Source of the DNA: a candidate division WS6 bacterium GW2011_GWF2_39_15
GTDB lineage: Bacteria; Patescibacteriota; Dojkabacteria; SC72
Direction of reading: 5' to 3'
NCBI GenBank assembly: GCA_000993565.1
Contig: LBWK01000002.1
Location: 4,121 to 68,120, forward strand
DNA length: 64,000 bases
Positions 9,193-18,170 of this stretch are shown piece by piece; the first letter of the stretch is position 1, and each line of letters starts with the position of its first letter. The translations under genes and the position numbers were made by a program. The notes beneath the pieces are model-generated. The model searched no databases. It saw nothing but the letters and a program-made list of their open reading frames with translations, and had not been told where the DNA came from.

Positions 9193-10863
9193 TTAAATGA
9201 TCACAGGTAATATTATCGGCTCTCTTTCAGTCTTTTTTCTTATATATCTGGCGATGTTTCTCTCCAATTCATCATAAAGGAGCTGTTCAGTTACTTTTCT
9301 GGAGTTTCTCATCTCCTGCAGCCATTTCCTGTGCACGTCCACAACAATATTCTCAATCTCTTTTAGAAGATTCTGGGAAGTTTTCATGTATACAAATCCT
9401 CTTGAGATAAATCTGGGACGCCCAAGAAGCTGTTTGGTCTTCTGACTAATATTTAAAATAACGCAGAACATACCGTACTGAGAAAGCTGAGCCCTATCTT
9501 TAAGGACTATATCTCCAATGTCACCTACTCCCAGTCCGTCTATAAGTATAGGTTTGGATTCTACCTTGATTCCTCTCTTTACGTTTGAGTTGTTTAATGT
9601 CCAAGTTTGTCCGTCTTCAGTTAATAGAATGTCGTTAGGATTATGTCCCCAATTTATATAGTTCTTTTTGCTCTGGTATCTAAAGGTTAAACTCCCGTGA
9701 ATTGGCATAATATACTTGGGATTAAGCATGCTGTTGAGTATTTTCATATCCTCCTGCAGACCATGGCCGCTTGAGTGTACACTTGCTTCCGCGTTGTTGA
9801 TCAGATCCATCCCCTGTCGAATAAGGAGGTCTGTCATTCTCCCTATCTTCTCTTCGTTACCGGGAACTTCAGATGCTGACATTATTACCAAATCTCCAGG
9901 CTTTCCTTTAATATAGAGGTGTTCTCCAAGTGCAATTCTGTTTAATGCTGCATATCTTTCACCCTGACTTCCTGTGCTTAGTATCATTATCTGATCATCA
10001 GGATAGTTCTTTATCTGTTTTTCTGTAATGAATATGCTGTCGTTAACATCTATGTACTTGTAGTATCGTGCCACTCTCATTGTTGTGTGCAGGCTTCGCC
10101 CGGATAGAACCACCTTTCTGTTGGTTTCCTGTGCAATTTTGATCATAGAGGCAAGTCGGGTTACAAGTGAAGCAAATGCCGCTACTATAATTCTTCCTTT
10201 ATGTTTCTGGATTATTTCTCTGGTTGTCTGTACTGCGGTTTGTTCGGGGAGAGCTCTTCCTTCTCTATATACGTTTGTACTGTCATAGAGTGCAAGGTCA
10301 ACCTTCCCTTTTATACTGTTTAAGGCCTCTATGTCCATTAACTCCTCGTCTATCTTGTAGTCTCCTGAGAAGAATATTGACCCTTCCGGAGATTTTACAA
10401 ATATCGAGAATGAATCGGGGATGCTGTGGGTTGTAGTTATGTACTGTATATCAAAGTCTCCAAGCTTGAATTGAGTCGTGTCTTTAATTTCTACAAACTT
10501 GACTCGTCTATCCAGTCCTTTTTCAATGAGCTTTTCCTTCATTATTGCTATAGCGAACGGTCCTGCATATATAGGAGGGAACCCTAAATCCTCAATAATG
10601 TATGGAATCGCCCCTATGTGATCCAAGTGTCCATGGGTTATGAGAATAGCTTTGATATTCTTTCTTTTTGCTTTTAGCTCTTTGATACTTGGAATGAGGT
10701 AATCAATGCCGTACATTTCTTGACCGGGGAATGAAAATCCTGCGTCTATAACCAGTATTTGATTATTGTATTCAATATAATTACAGTTTCTTCCACCTGT
10801 TTCGTTTGTACCAGAAAGGGTACAGAGGGTTAAGCCTCCATCTTTTCGTTTAAAATAATTCAT
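9193..10863 (-). CDS. rnj: Ribonuclease J
   Basis: Metallo-beta-lactamase THGHLDH, THSIPD, GDYK, DSTN, FAS, TGSQGE, HSSGH, PIHG motifs; 556 aa. Confidence 0.95.
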   Translation of the reverse strand: MNYFKRKDGGLTLCTLSGTNETGGRNCNYIEYNNQILVIDAGFSFPGQEMYGIDYLIPSIKELKAKRKNIKAILITHGHLDHIGAIPYIIEDLGFPPIYAGPFAIAIMKEKLIEKGLDRRVKFVEIKDTTQFKLGDFDIQYITTTHSIPDSFSIFVKSPEGSIFFSGDYKIDEELMDIEALNSIKGKVDLALYDSTNVYREGRALPEQTAVQTTREIIQKHKGRIIVAAFASLVTRLASMIKIAQETNRKVVLSGRSLHTTMRVARYYKYIDVNDSIFITEKQIKNYPDDQIMILSTGSQGERYAALNRIALGEHLYIKGKPGDLVIMSASEVPGNEEKIGRMTDLLIRQGMDLINNAEASVHSSGHGLQEDMKILNSMLNPKYIMPIHGSLTFRYQSKKNYINWGHNPNDILLTEDGQTWTLNNSNVKRGIKVESKPILIDGLGVGDIGDIVLKDRAQLSQYGMFCVILNISQKTKQLLGRPRFISRGFVYMKTSQNLLKEIENIVVDVHRKWLQEMRNSRKVTEQLLYDELERNIARYIRKKTEREPIILPVII

Positions 10864-10907
10864 GGGAGTATTATAGCATTAAAAGAGTCTCTATAAAGTC
10901 TCAACTA

Positions 10908-11480
10908 TTATTTATTACCAATCGTAATAAGGAATTTTATTATCTGCAGCAGGGTTGTTTTGTATTTTCCTACCTCATATTGTTCTCTTAGATTTTTGAA
11001 TTGTTGAGGTTTGTCGGAGGTATTTTGATATACAAGACGCTTTAATAATTGGGCAACTATTTTAGAGTGATCAGGATTTCCCTTGAAACTCCACCCCATG
11101 ACTTCTATAAAGTCCATAAGTCCTAGATAATGTCCTTCATTAATTTGCTCAATAGCTTGACTACCGTTGGCAACAAATTGCTCCGAATACAAAATAGTTT
11201 CGGCAGGATTAAAAGGTATGTATACCCAAAAGTGAGTTTTATTATTAAAGCCCAATTTATCAACATAGTTAGTGGTTGCACGGTCTTGTTTAGTAGCAAA
11301 TACTAAAGTTCCCAAATACTGACCTTGAGAAATATTTGCTATTTGTTCTATTCTAAGACCTTTGCCAGCGGTTCTAGATATACTATCGGCATTTTCACCT
11401 ATTAGTATTTCCAGATCGTGTTCGTCGAGTACACGTAACTCGTTATCTGAGGGGCCAGTTTTATTATTAAAAAAGCTCAT
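10908..11480 (-). CDS. Hypothetical protein
   Basis: 190-aa ATG-initiated ORF filling the gap; no recognised motif. Confidence 0.6.
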   Translation of the reverse strand: MSFFNNKTGPSDNELRVLDEHDLEILIGENADSISRTAGKGLRIEQIANISQGQYLGTLVFATKQDRATTNYVDKLGFNNKTHFWVYIPFNPAETILYSEQFVANGSQAIEQINEGHYLGLMDFIEVMGWSFKGNPDHSKIVAQLLKRLVYQNTSDKPQQFKNLREQYEVGKYKTTLLQIIKFLITIGNK

Positions 11481-11529
11481 ATCGAAGAAATCTTAAAATT
11501 ATTAATTAACATCTCGTATTAGTATCTAA

Positions 11530-12144
11530 TTATGGTTTAGCTGTAAGCCCTAGACTCAAAGCTAAATGAATTAGCCTGACTTGATCATCATGAGAAATTG
11601 TTTTCGGAAGTACATCATGTACTCCCATATATCCCGTTGAATTATCCTTCTTCCCGCTATCCACGAAGTCTGAGAGAATATTTGCAAGCACCAGTAGTAG
11701 TTGATTTATAGATTCTGGTTGTTCAGTGATTCTTCCATGAATTTCTTCTGCCGTATCAAGAACAATTTGGTTTTTATATCTATCAACAAAAGTTAGCTGT
11801 GGGAAGTTAAAGGCCATGGTGGTTAAGTTTCTTTTATGAACCTTCTCTACTGTTGCATCAAAATAATTGGGCATTTGATTAAAATAGAACATCGTAGATC
11901 CGAGTATTTCATTAATGGCGTACTCGCCGGACTTTAAATTCCATACACGATTTTGAAACACCCCACTTGAAAACCCATATGTCTCCCTATAGAAAAGTCC
12001 GAAAACCATATTTGCGAATAGTGTGGTATTAAAGTCATTTAACACCTCAGGCGACTCAGCAAGCTTGACAGCTAGATCAGCTACCTTGTCAGAATTGAAC
12101 CCTTCTCTTATCTTTGCGACATCAAATTGTTTGGTATCTCCCAT
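11530..12144 (-). CDS. Hypothetical protein
   Basis: 204-aa ORF, upstream TATAAT; no recognised motif. Confidence 0.6.
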   Translation of the reverse strand: MGDTKQFDVAKIREGFNSDKVADLAVKLAESPEVLNDFNTTLFANMVFGLFYRETYGFSSGVFQNRVWNLKSGEYAINEILGSTMFYFNQMPNYFDATVEKVHKRNLTTMAFNFPQLTFVDRYKNQIVLDTAEEIHGRITEQPESINQLLLVLANILSDFVDSGKKDNSTGYMGVHDVLPKTISHDDQVRLIHLALSLGLTAKP

Positions 12145-12209
12145 TATGGTTACTAATTAAATGAATATGCGTATTATAGGCCTATTTATGATATAATCTT
12201 GACATAGAA

Positions 12210-13169
12210 ATGACATATCCAAAAGTTACTGTCAAAAGTGGAAAAGATATTGATTCTATTAACTATCTTCATACTTATGAAGCGGCAAAAGCAGCCTTTT
12301 TTCAGTCCAAAAAGTACATCATTCTCCCCTATATTCCTATGCAGAAAAGAATAGCGGGAAAAACAATATTTCTTCCAAGAATATCTAGAAAAATGGGAGC
12401 CGGTATAAAATATACGGAGTTGATTGACTATATGAAGTTTCCCAAGATCAACGAAAACAAGTATAGGGAATATATAACCCGAAACTTTAAGGCATTCTGG
12501 AAAGACCTCATTAAAATACTGGGAGAAGAAAAACTGTCGCGGATCAAAAATATTGAGGTATGGATAACTCATATAGGATCCGGCGGGCGGGCTTTTACAG
12601 AGATGGGTGATAACAGTAGGATAGTTGTAATTATGAGGAAGGATATGATTCTCCAGCAAATCTTTTCTTTAGTTATAATGGAGGTACTCCCCTATATTGG
12701 CTACAAAGAATCATATACATGGGAAGAGACCACGGCTATAAGAGAATGGCTAGTAGAATCTACTGTCTTGAATAAATACTTCCCTGTGCATACTCCGATG
12801 CTTGATTCACTAAGAGAGAGGAAGCAGCAGGCGAAGTATTTGCTTGATAGTGATAAATATCTTCAAGAAATTGGAATAAAAGGATATGTAAAAATCCTTA
12901 ATAATGAGGTCTTAGTTGATAATACTAAGATTGTATTGGGAGAAAAGGAAACCTTACTTTTCTCCCTTCTGCTTTCTCGGAAGGGTGGTCTGGTTGATTA
13001 CGATATAATATTCAAAGAGGTATGGGGAAGTAATATTGAAAAGTTCTCTTTATATGCAATAACAAAACTTGTTGAGAGAATAAGGAAGAAACTTCTAAAT
13101 GCAGGTATTTCGGAGGATATAATTCATACGTATAAAGGTAAAGGATATTATATTGGTAGCAGTTTTTAA
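12210..13169 (+). CDS. Protein with C-terminal OmpR/PhoB-type winged-helix DNA-binding domain and unknown N-terminal domain
   Basis: C-terminus LGEKETLLFSLL...VDYDII...VWG...ITKLVERIRKKL...IHTYKGKGYY; no receiver domain. Confidence 0.75.
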   Translation: MTYPKVTVKSGKDIDSINYLHTYEAAKAAFFQSKKYIILPYIPMQKRIAGKTIFLPRISRKMGAGIKYTELIDYMKFPKINENKYREYITRNFKAFWKDLIKILGEEKLSRIKNIEVWITHIGSGGRAFTEMGDNSRIVVIMRKDMILQQIFSLVIMEVLPYIGYKESYTWEETTAIREWLVESTVLNKYFPVHTPMLDSLRERKQQAKYLLDSDKYLQEIGIKGYVKILNNEVLVDNTKIVLGEKETLLFSLLLSRKGGLVDYDIIFKEVWGSNIEKFSLYAITKLVERIRKKLLNAGISEDIIHTYKGKGYYIGSSF

Positions 13170-13197
13170 TATAGACTATATCTAGTGAGGAAAGTAT

Positions 13198-13643
13198 ATG
13201 CCAAGGGATAGAATTTTAAAAAGTGTTCCCGAATGGCTCCCAGAAGCCAAGATTTATGCTGAGTTTCAGGAAACTTTCACGCCACCGAGTGCTGCCCGGA
13301 TGTTGTATTTAGCTTTTGAGACTTTGATCAGGTTTTGTAAAGCAAAACGAAAGGATGAGGGCCTACCCTTTGATTTAAGCGAGAAGCATTTGAAACTATT
13401 AAGCGGATAAAACATGAGCTATCTGAGAATCATCCGAGGCTGCAGCAATATGCGGACGGAGACTGGGGCATGGAGTTTCTTGAAGACGAAAGGGTTACTA
13501 CGGTGATTGTCTACGGTTTAAATGGAGCGGAGACTCAGGATAAAGGGATAAAAGTCAGAATGAATGAGAACAGTGGCCAGCATTATGAACTCACAATGTT
13601 TTCTGACAATGAGGGTTTTGTTGCGGATTATTCAAATTACTAG
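13198..13643 (+). pseudogene. Hypothetical protein gene split by a single-base frameshift near 13375
   Basis: ORF 13198-13410 continues in the -1 frame (FKREAFETIKRIKHELSENHPRL...DYSNY*) to TAG at 13641-13643. Confidence 0.55.
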
Positions 13644-13676
13644 CAGACTGTTTTCTTTACTGTTTAGAGCCTTTTC

Positions 13677-13685
13677 TGTTATAAT
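13677..13685 (+). promoter_or_regulatory. Extended -10 promoter for the T-box/valS transcript
   Basis: TGtTATAAT immediately 5' of the T-box leader. Confidence 0.65.
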
Positions 13686-13691
13686 CTACTC

Positions 13692-13930
13692 AACCGCTAT
13701 TACGAAGCTTGTCCCTTCGGAGGTTCAGAGAGAGCTGCTAAGCTATCATAGGTTGGCAGGGTAAATACTGACAGAGGGTGAACTGTAAATACACTACCGT
13801 ATATTAAAATGTACGGACTGAGTGGCGCTATTCTTAAATAGTGCTAGAAAAAAGGTGGTACCACGGTATATCCGTCCTTAAATATGTATAAATGATAATA
13901 TTGTTTATATATATTTGCGGACGGTTTTTT
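13692..13930 (+). promoter_or_regulatory. Valine T-box riboswitch (tRNA-dependent antitermination leader)
   Basis: AGAGAG box; specifier GAA-CT-GTA-A (GTA=Val, 13785-13787); hairpins CCGTATAT/ATGTACGG and GCGCTATT/AATAGTGC; antiterminator AAGG-TGGTACC-ACGG...CCGT-CCTT; terminator CCGTCC...GGACGG-TTTTTT; directly upstream of valS. Confidence 0.92.
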
Positions 13931-13948
13931 AATTAAATACAAATAATA

Positions 13949-16261
13949 ATGAGAGACAGCAAAGCAGAAAATATGCCAAAAGCTTTTGATTCCAAATCTC
14001 AGGAAGAGAAGATATATAAACTGTGGGAAGAAAGCGGATACTTTAAACCTGAGAATGTAAAGAAATACCTTGAGGAAAGTAATGAGGAAATAAAGAGACC
14101 CTTTGTTATGACCCTTCCCCCTCCTAATGCCAACGGCGATCTGCATATGGGACATACATGCGGGTACTCGTTCCACGATGCAATGGGAAGGTTTAATCGA
14201 ATGACCGGCCACCCTACTCTCTTAATTGCAGGTAAAGATCACGCAGGAATTCAAACGGAAACGGTTTTCACAAAGAAACTTAAAGCTGAAGGGGTTGATA
14301 AGTGGGAGTTAGGGAGAGATGAATTTAGTAAAAGGTGTTATGAATTTTGTTTGAATGCTGCTGATAATGCTAGAAATCAGGAGAAGAGGATTGGTTTAAG
14401 TGCAGATTGGGAGAGGGAGTTTTTCACACTTGATCCAAGACTTACAGCCGTTGTTTATGAGACATTCTTTATGATGTATAAAGACGGCTTGATATATAGG
14501 GATAAGAGAATTATTAATCAGTGCCCTCATTGTAGAACTGCTTTGGCAGATGTTGATACATATCACAAAGAAATGCCCGGTATTTTTGCGTATATAGTCT
14601 ACCCATTTGTTGATGATAAGGATAAAAAGAGAGCAAAAGAGAGATTCGGAGTTGAGGGTATAACCGTTGCTACAACCCGGCCGGAAACAATGCTTGGGGA
14701 TACAGCTGTTGCCGTAAATCCTAAGGATGACAGGTATAGAGAGTTTATCGGGCATAAAGTTCTTCTTCCGATTGCAGATAGAGAGATTCCAATTATTGGA
14801 GAAGATACAGTTGATATTGAGACAGGAACAGGTGCTCTTAAAGTTACACCTGCCCATTCCCCTGTTGATTTTGAAATAGCAAAGAGACATAACCTTCTAA
14901 TCGTCAACGTAATTAATGAAGAAGGAAAAATGTCCGGTGATATACCGGAACGGTTTAAAGGAATGGAGACAATAGAGTGCTCAAAGGCACTTGTTGATGA
15001 GCTGGATAAGCTGGGTTTATTTTTGAAGATTGAAAGAATTAAGCATGAGGTTGCAGTATGTGAGAGATGCGATACTCCAATCCAACCGATTATCTCCAAC
15101 CAGTGGTATGTAAATACTAAACCACTTGCGGAAAAGGCTCTTGATGCTTTAAAAAATGGAGATACAACTGTTATCCCTGAAGGTCAGCAAAAAGCCTTAA
15201 CTTTCTTCTTTGAAAATATTCAACCATGGTGCATTTCAAGACAGTTATGGTGGGGGCATAGAATTCCTATATGGTATAGCGGGAGCAAAGAGCTACATGA
15301 CTGGATGAGGGATAATCCGGGTAAAACGACTCAGGATTTTGAGAAGGAGGTTGGTAAGGAAGCTCATGGAAGTGGAAAGATATTTGCAAGCGTTGAAAAG
15401 CCGGAGGTTGATCCTGATTGGAACAACGAGAAGAGTTTGCTGTTTGAAGAAGAAACAGATGTTTTTGATACCTGGTTTAGTTCAGGTCAATGGCCGTTTT
15501 CAACAACAACTGCAATTAACGGTTTTGACGAGTACTACCCTACCGATGTAATGGTTCATGGAAGAGATATTCTTTTCTGGTGGAGTGCAAGAATGATGAT
15601 GCTTGGTTTGTATCGAACGGGTAAGGCACCATTCCATACAATATTCTTACATGGAATTATAAACGCGCCGGATGGATCGAAAATGTCTAAATCCAGAGGA
15701 AACACTGTTTCCCCTGTTGAGCTATTTGATAAATACGGAGTTGATTCTCTTCGTCTCTGGTACTACTCTGATGCCCTTCCGGGAGCAAATGCTCCACTTC
15801 GAGAGGAGAAGATTAAGGGGAATAGGAACTTTGTTAACAAGATATGGAATGCAAGCAGGTTTGTAATGATGAATATTGATGATAGTGAGATGGAGGGTGT
15901 CAAAAAGAAACTTGAAGAAGGACATTTCGAAGGCGGAAGAGTGAAGATGACTAAGGAACATATAAAAAAGGTTATCAACTATCTTACAAAGCATCAGTAC
16001 AATCTGGGTGCGGAAGAGATAAGGGAGTTCTTCTGGCATGAATACTGTGATAAATGGATAGAAGAGGTAAAGAATGAGATTAAAGAAGAGGAAGTTGGAA
16101 CTGAGAAGAGATTAAATCTTCTTACTGAGCTTGTTTACCTTCTTAAGGAGAATCTAAAGGCCATGCATCCGTTTATTCCTTATATTACTGAATCTGTATG
16201 GCAGGAATTGGTACTGATGGGGTTAGCAGAGGGAATATTGATGATAGAGCAGATTGTCTGA
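13949..16261 (+). CDS. valS: Valine--tRNA ligase (lacks C-terminal coiled-coil arm)
   Basis: PPPNANGDLHMGH, DHAGIQT, VATTRPET, WCISRQLWWGHRIP, DVFDTWFSS, KMSKS. Confidence 0.97.
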   Translation: MRDSKAENMPKAFDSKSQEEKIYKLWEESGYFKPENVKKYLEESNEEIKRPFVMTLPPPNANGDLHMGHTCGYSFHDAMGRFNRMTGHPTLLIAGKDHAGIQTETVFTKKLKAEGVDKWELGRDEFSKRCYEFCLNAADNARNQEKRIGLSADWEREFFTLDPRLTAVVYETFFMMYKDGLIYRDKRIINQCPHCRTALADVDTYHKEMPGIFAYIVYPFVDDKDKKRAKERFGVEGITVATTRPETMLGDTAVAVNPKDDRYREFIGHKVLLPIADREIPIIGEDTVDIETGTGALKVTPAHSPVDFEIAKRHNLLIVNVINEEGKMSGDIPERFKGMETIECSKALVDELDKLGLFLKIERIKHEVAVCERCDTPIQPIISNQWYVNTKPLAEKALDALKNGDTTVIPEGQQKALTFFFENIQPWCISRQLWWGHRIPIWYSGSKELHDWMRDNPGKTTQDFEKEVGKEAHGSGKIFASVEKPEVDPDWNNEKSLLFEEETDVFDTWFSSGQWPFSTTTAINGFDEYYPTDVMVHGRDILFWWSARMMMLGLYRTGKAPFHTIFLHGIINAPDGSKMSKSRGNTVSPVELFDKYGVDSLRLWYYSDALPGANAPLREEKIKGNRNFVNKIWNASRFVMMNIDDSEMEGVKKKLEEGHFEGGRVKMTKEHIKKVINYLTKHQYNLGAEEIREFFWHEYCDKWIEEVKNEIKEEEVGTEKRLNLLTELVYLLKENLKAMHPFIPYITESVWQELVLMGLAEGILMIEQIV

Positions 16262-16579
16262 AGTCCGGTTTGTGATGTTACTTACACTTTTCAGGTACTC
16301 TGTAAGAAACCTATTTAACATTAAGTAGCTTTTTTCGTTTTCAATAAGTCTACTTGTTATCTTCATTAGCTCTGTATAATTCGTGTTACTTTCGTCCTTT
16401 TTGATTTCGTCCAAGACATCTTTAGTAATGGATAAATCTAAACATATTTTCAAAACCTCATAATACTTATCTATGAAGTCGTTCTGTATTCTTTCTAAGT
16501 TATCACCCCAGATAGATCGATCTGAAAGGATTAGAAATATCTTCCTTTGTAATTCTTTATTTATCTCCTGATTACTCAT
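16223..16579 (-). CDS. Hypothetical protein
   Basis: 118-aa helical-looking ORF; overlaps valS 3' end convergently. Confidence 0.55.
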   Translation of the reverse strand: MSNQEINKELQRKIFLILSDRSIWGDNLERIQNDFIDKYYEVLKICLDLSITKDVLDEIKKDESNTNYTELMKITSRLIENEKSYLMLNRFLTEYLKSVSNITNRTSDNLLYHQYSLC

Positions 16580-16598
16580 ATAAATAAACTAAAGTACT

Positions 16599-17138
16599 TT
16601 AAGCTGATTGAGTATTTGTAACCCAATCTTTTGGAACACCAAGAGATCGTGGCTTATTAGATGACTGACCCGTTTGATTATTCCCTACAGTTTTTCCGAG
16701 TAGCCAAGCTAGAATATATTCAATATTAGTCATATTTTGCCCTTTTTCATCCCTGCCCGTCCATCTATCTACAACAAGAGCTCCAACAAATGAAGAAGCT
16801 TTTGCCCCTATCCAAAGTAATCTTGCAAATATTGTTCTAAAGAAACCTCCCTGTGGCACAATGTTGTTTCTGATAAGTTCCCATGTATCTTTCTGCTCAG
16901 GATTTAACTTTCTAGCAGTCTCTTCGATAATTGGTGCGGTATCTTCTTTTATCTGATCAACGATTTTCTGTGTTTCCCCTATTGCGTATGTAGCAGCTGT
17001 CTCGGCAACTGCTTCTGTTGCCCCGTCTTTGACTCCATTGTAGGCCTCTTTAATGCCAAAAAAGTTTGATTCGGAAATCTTTCTTGCAAAGCTTTGTGCA
17101 AATGAACCTGCAAATGTTTTCTTCTTGTCGTCTGGCAT
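16599..17138 (-). CDS. Hypothetical protein (possibly membrane-associated)
   Basis: ORF with likely ATG at 17138 (MPDDKK), downstream of a consensus TTGACA-17-TATAAT promoter. Confidence 0.65.
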   Translation of the reverse strand: MPDDKKKTFAGSFAQSFARKISESNFFGIKEAYNGVKDGATEAVAETAATYAIGETQKIVDQIKEDTAPIIEETARKLNPEQKDTWELIRNNIVPQGGFFRTIFARLLWIGAKASSFVGALVVDRWTGRDEKGQNMTNIEYILAWLLGKTVGNNQTGQSSNKPRSLGVPKDWVTNTQSA

Positions 17139-17157
17139 ATCTAGTATGTATGATAAG

Positions 17158-17235
17158 TTATACAAGTATGATTATATACATGGGGCTATAGTATGTCAAG
17201 TTATACTTGTATGATCTGTCCGGTAGTGGTATTAT
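17158..17235. promoter_or_regulatory. Divergent sigma70 promoters with two TTATAC-NN-GTATGA operator-like palindromes
   Basis: Minus strand TTGACA(17199-17194)-17-TATAAT(17176-17171); plus strand TTGTAT(17207-17212)-17-TATTAT(17230-17235); motif copies at 17158-17171 and 17201-17214. Confidence 0.7.
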
Positions 17236-17242
17236 ATATAGT

Positions 17243-17365
17243 ATGAATAAAAAGAAATGGAAAAAAGTTGGTAAAATAGCATTAATCCTTGCTCTTGCAG
17301 GTGTCACTACTTATTTAATTTCAAGACAAATGGGTAAAAAGAATGAAGAAAGTAAAAAGAAGTAG
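17243..17365 (+). CDS. Small single-TM protein (40 aa), not in ORF track
   Basis: MNKKKWKKVGKIALILALAGVTTYLISRQMGKKNEESKKK*; starts 7 nt after an extended -10 and overlaps the next gene. Confidence 0.65.
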   Translation: MNKKKWKKVGKIALILALAGVTTYLISRQMGKKNEESKKK

Positions 17366-17567
17366 TGTAGTTGAACCTGAATTTTACGGAACTGCTACTG
17401 TCGGAACAAAAGGTCAAATTGTTATCCCAAATGAAGTTAGAAAGAGATATGATATAAAAACAGGTGATAAACTGGTCATTTTTAGTGGTGAGGGCGGTGT
17501 GATAGCAATCATGAAGAGTGATAAACTGAATGATCTTCTTAAAGGAATATCTGCTATTGCAAAGTAG
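17343..17567 (+). CDS. AbrB/MazE/SpoVT-family DNA-binding protein
   Basis: FYGTATVGTKGQIVIPNEVRKRYDIKTGDKLVIF signature. Confidence 0.9.
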   Translation: MKKVKRSSVVEPEFYGTATVGTKGQIVIPNEVRKRYDIKTGDKLVIFSGEGGVIAIMKSDKLNDLLKGISAIAK

Positions 17568-17671
17568 GATTTACATCTTTTTATGTCTTTTATATAATCA
17601 ATTATCGGAAGTGAAAGTCAGAAATTCTCGGCGCTACTGCGGGGTATAAGTCGTAGTATTATATGCTAGGA

Positions 17672-18130
17672 CTAACGCGACGATGGAGGGGTGCCGGCCT
17701 CCCTCTTCCACAACAGTTTGAACTTATTCAGCTCCTTTTGTTTAACTCTGAATCCTGTTAAAACATAATTTCCTCTATTTTTCTTTTGTGATAGCTGTAA
17801 AACAATTATGTAATCTCCCTCAGGGAGTAATTTGTGCAATACTATATTTCCGTGTCTGTTTGAGGAATTTTTATAAATAGCGTCTGGGGAAATGATTATT
17901 TGGCTTAAATATTGGAGCAGATACTCGTACTCCCGAGCCGTTCTCTTATCATAGAGATGTTTCAAACCAAATGTCGAAATGTATACTCTTTTGGTTTTAA
18001 TCTTTAGAAAATCCAAAGGCAGTTTAAATGTAGTGAGAAATATTCTCTTCCGTACACAAGAAGACTCTTTCGGAGTAAGAAAGATATGTTGTTTATGGAT
18101 ATTGAATAGTTTATGCTTCACTCCTACCAA
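17672..18130 (-). CDS. PBECR-like (Barnase/EndoU/ColicinE5-D/RelE fold) putative ribonuclease
   Basis: VYISTFGLKHLYDKR...IIISPDAIYKN...YVLTGFR pattern (KH + PD.IY + terminal strand T.F); start codon uncertain. Confidence 0.6.
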   Translation of the reverse strand: MVGVKHKLFNIHKQHIFLTPKESSCVRKRIFLTTFKLPLDFLKIKTKRVYISTFGLKHLYDKRTAREYEYLLQYLSQIIISPDAIYKNSSNRHGNIVLHKLLPEGDYIIVLQLSQKKNRGNYVLTGFRVKQKELNKFKLLWKREAGTPPSSR

Positions 18131-18170
18131 TTTACGTGATAGAAATGAAGAAATTATGAATCAGTAGAGA

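Noticed and set aside
13564-13764. 66-aa ORF before valS
   Set aside because: Overlaps the valS promoter and T-box stem I and is out of frame with the frameshifted gene; likely spurious.
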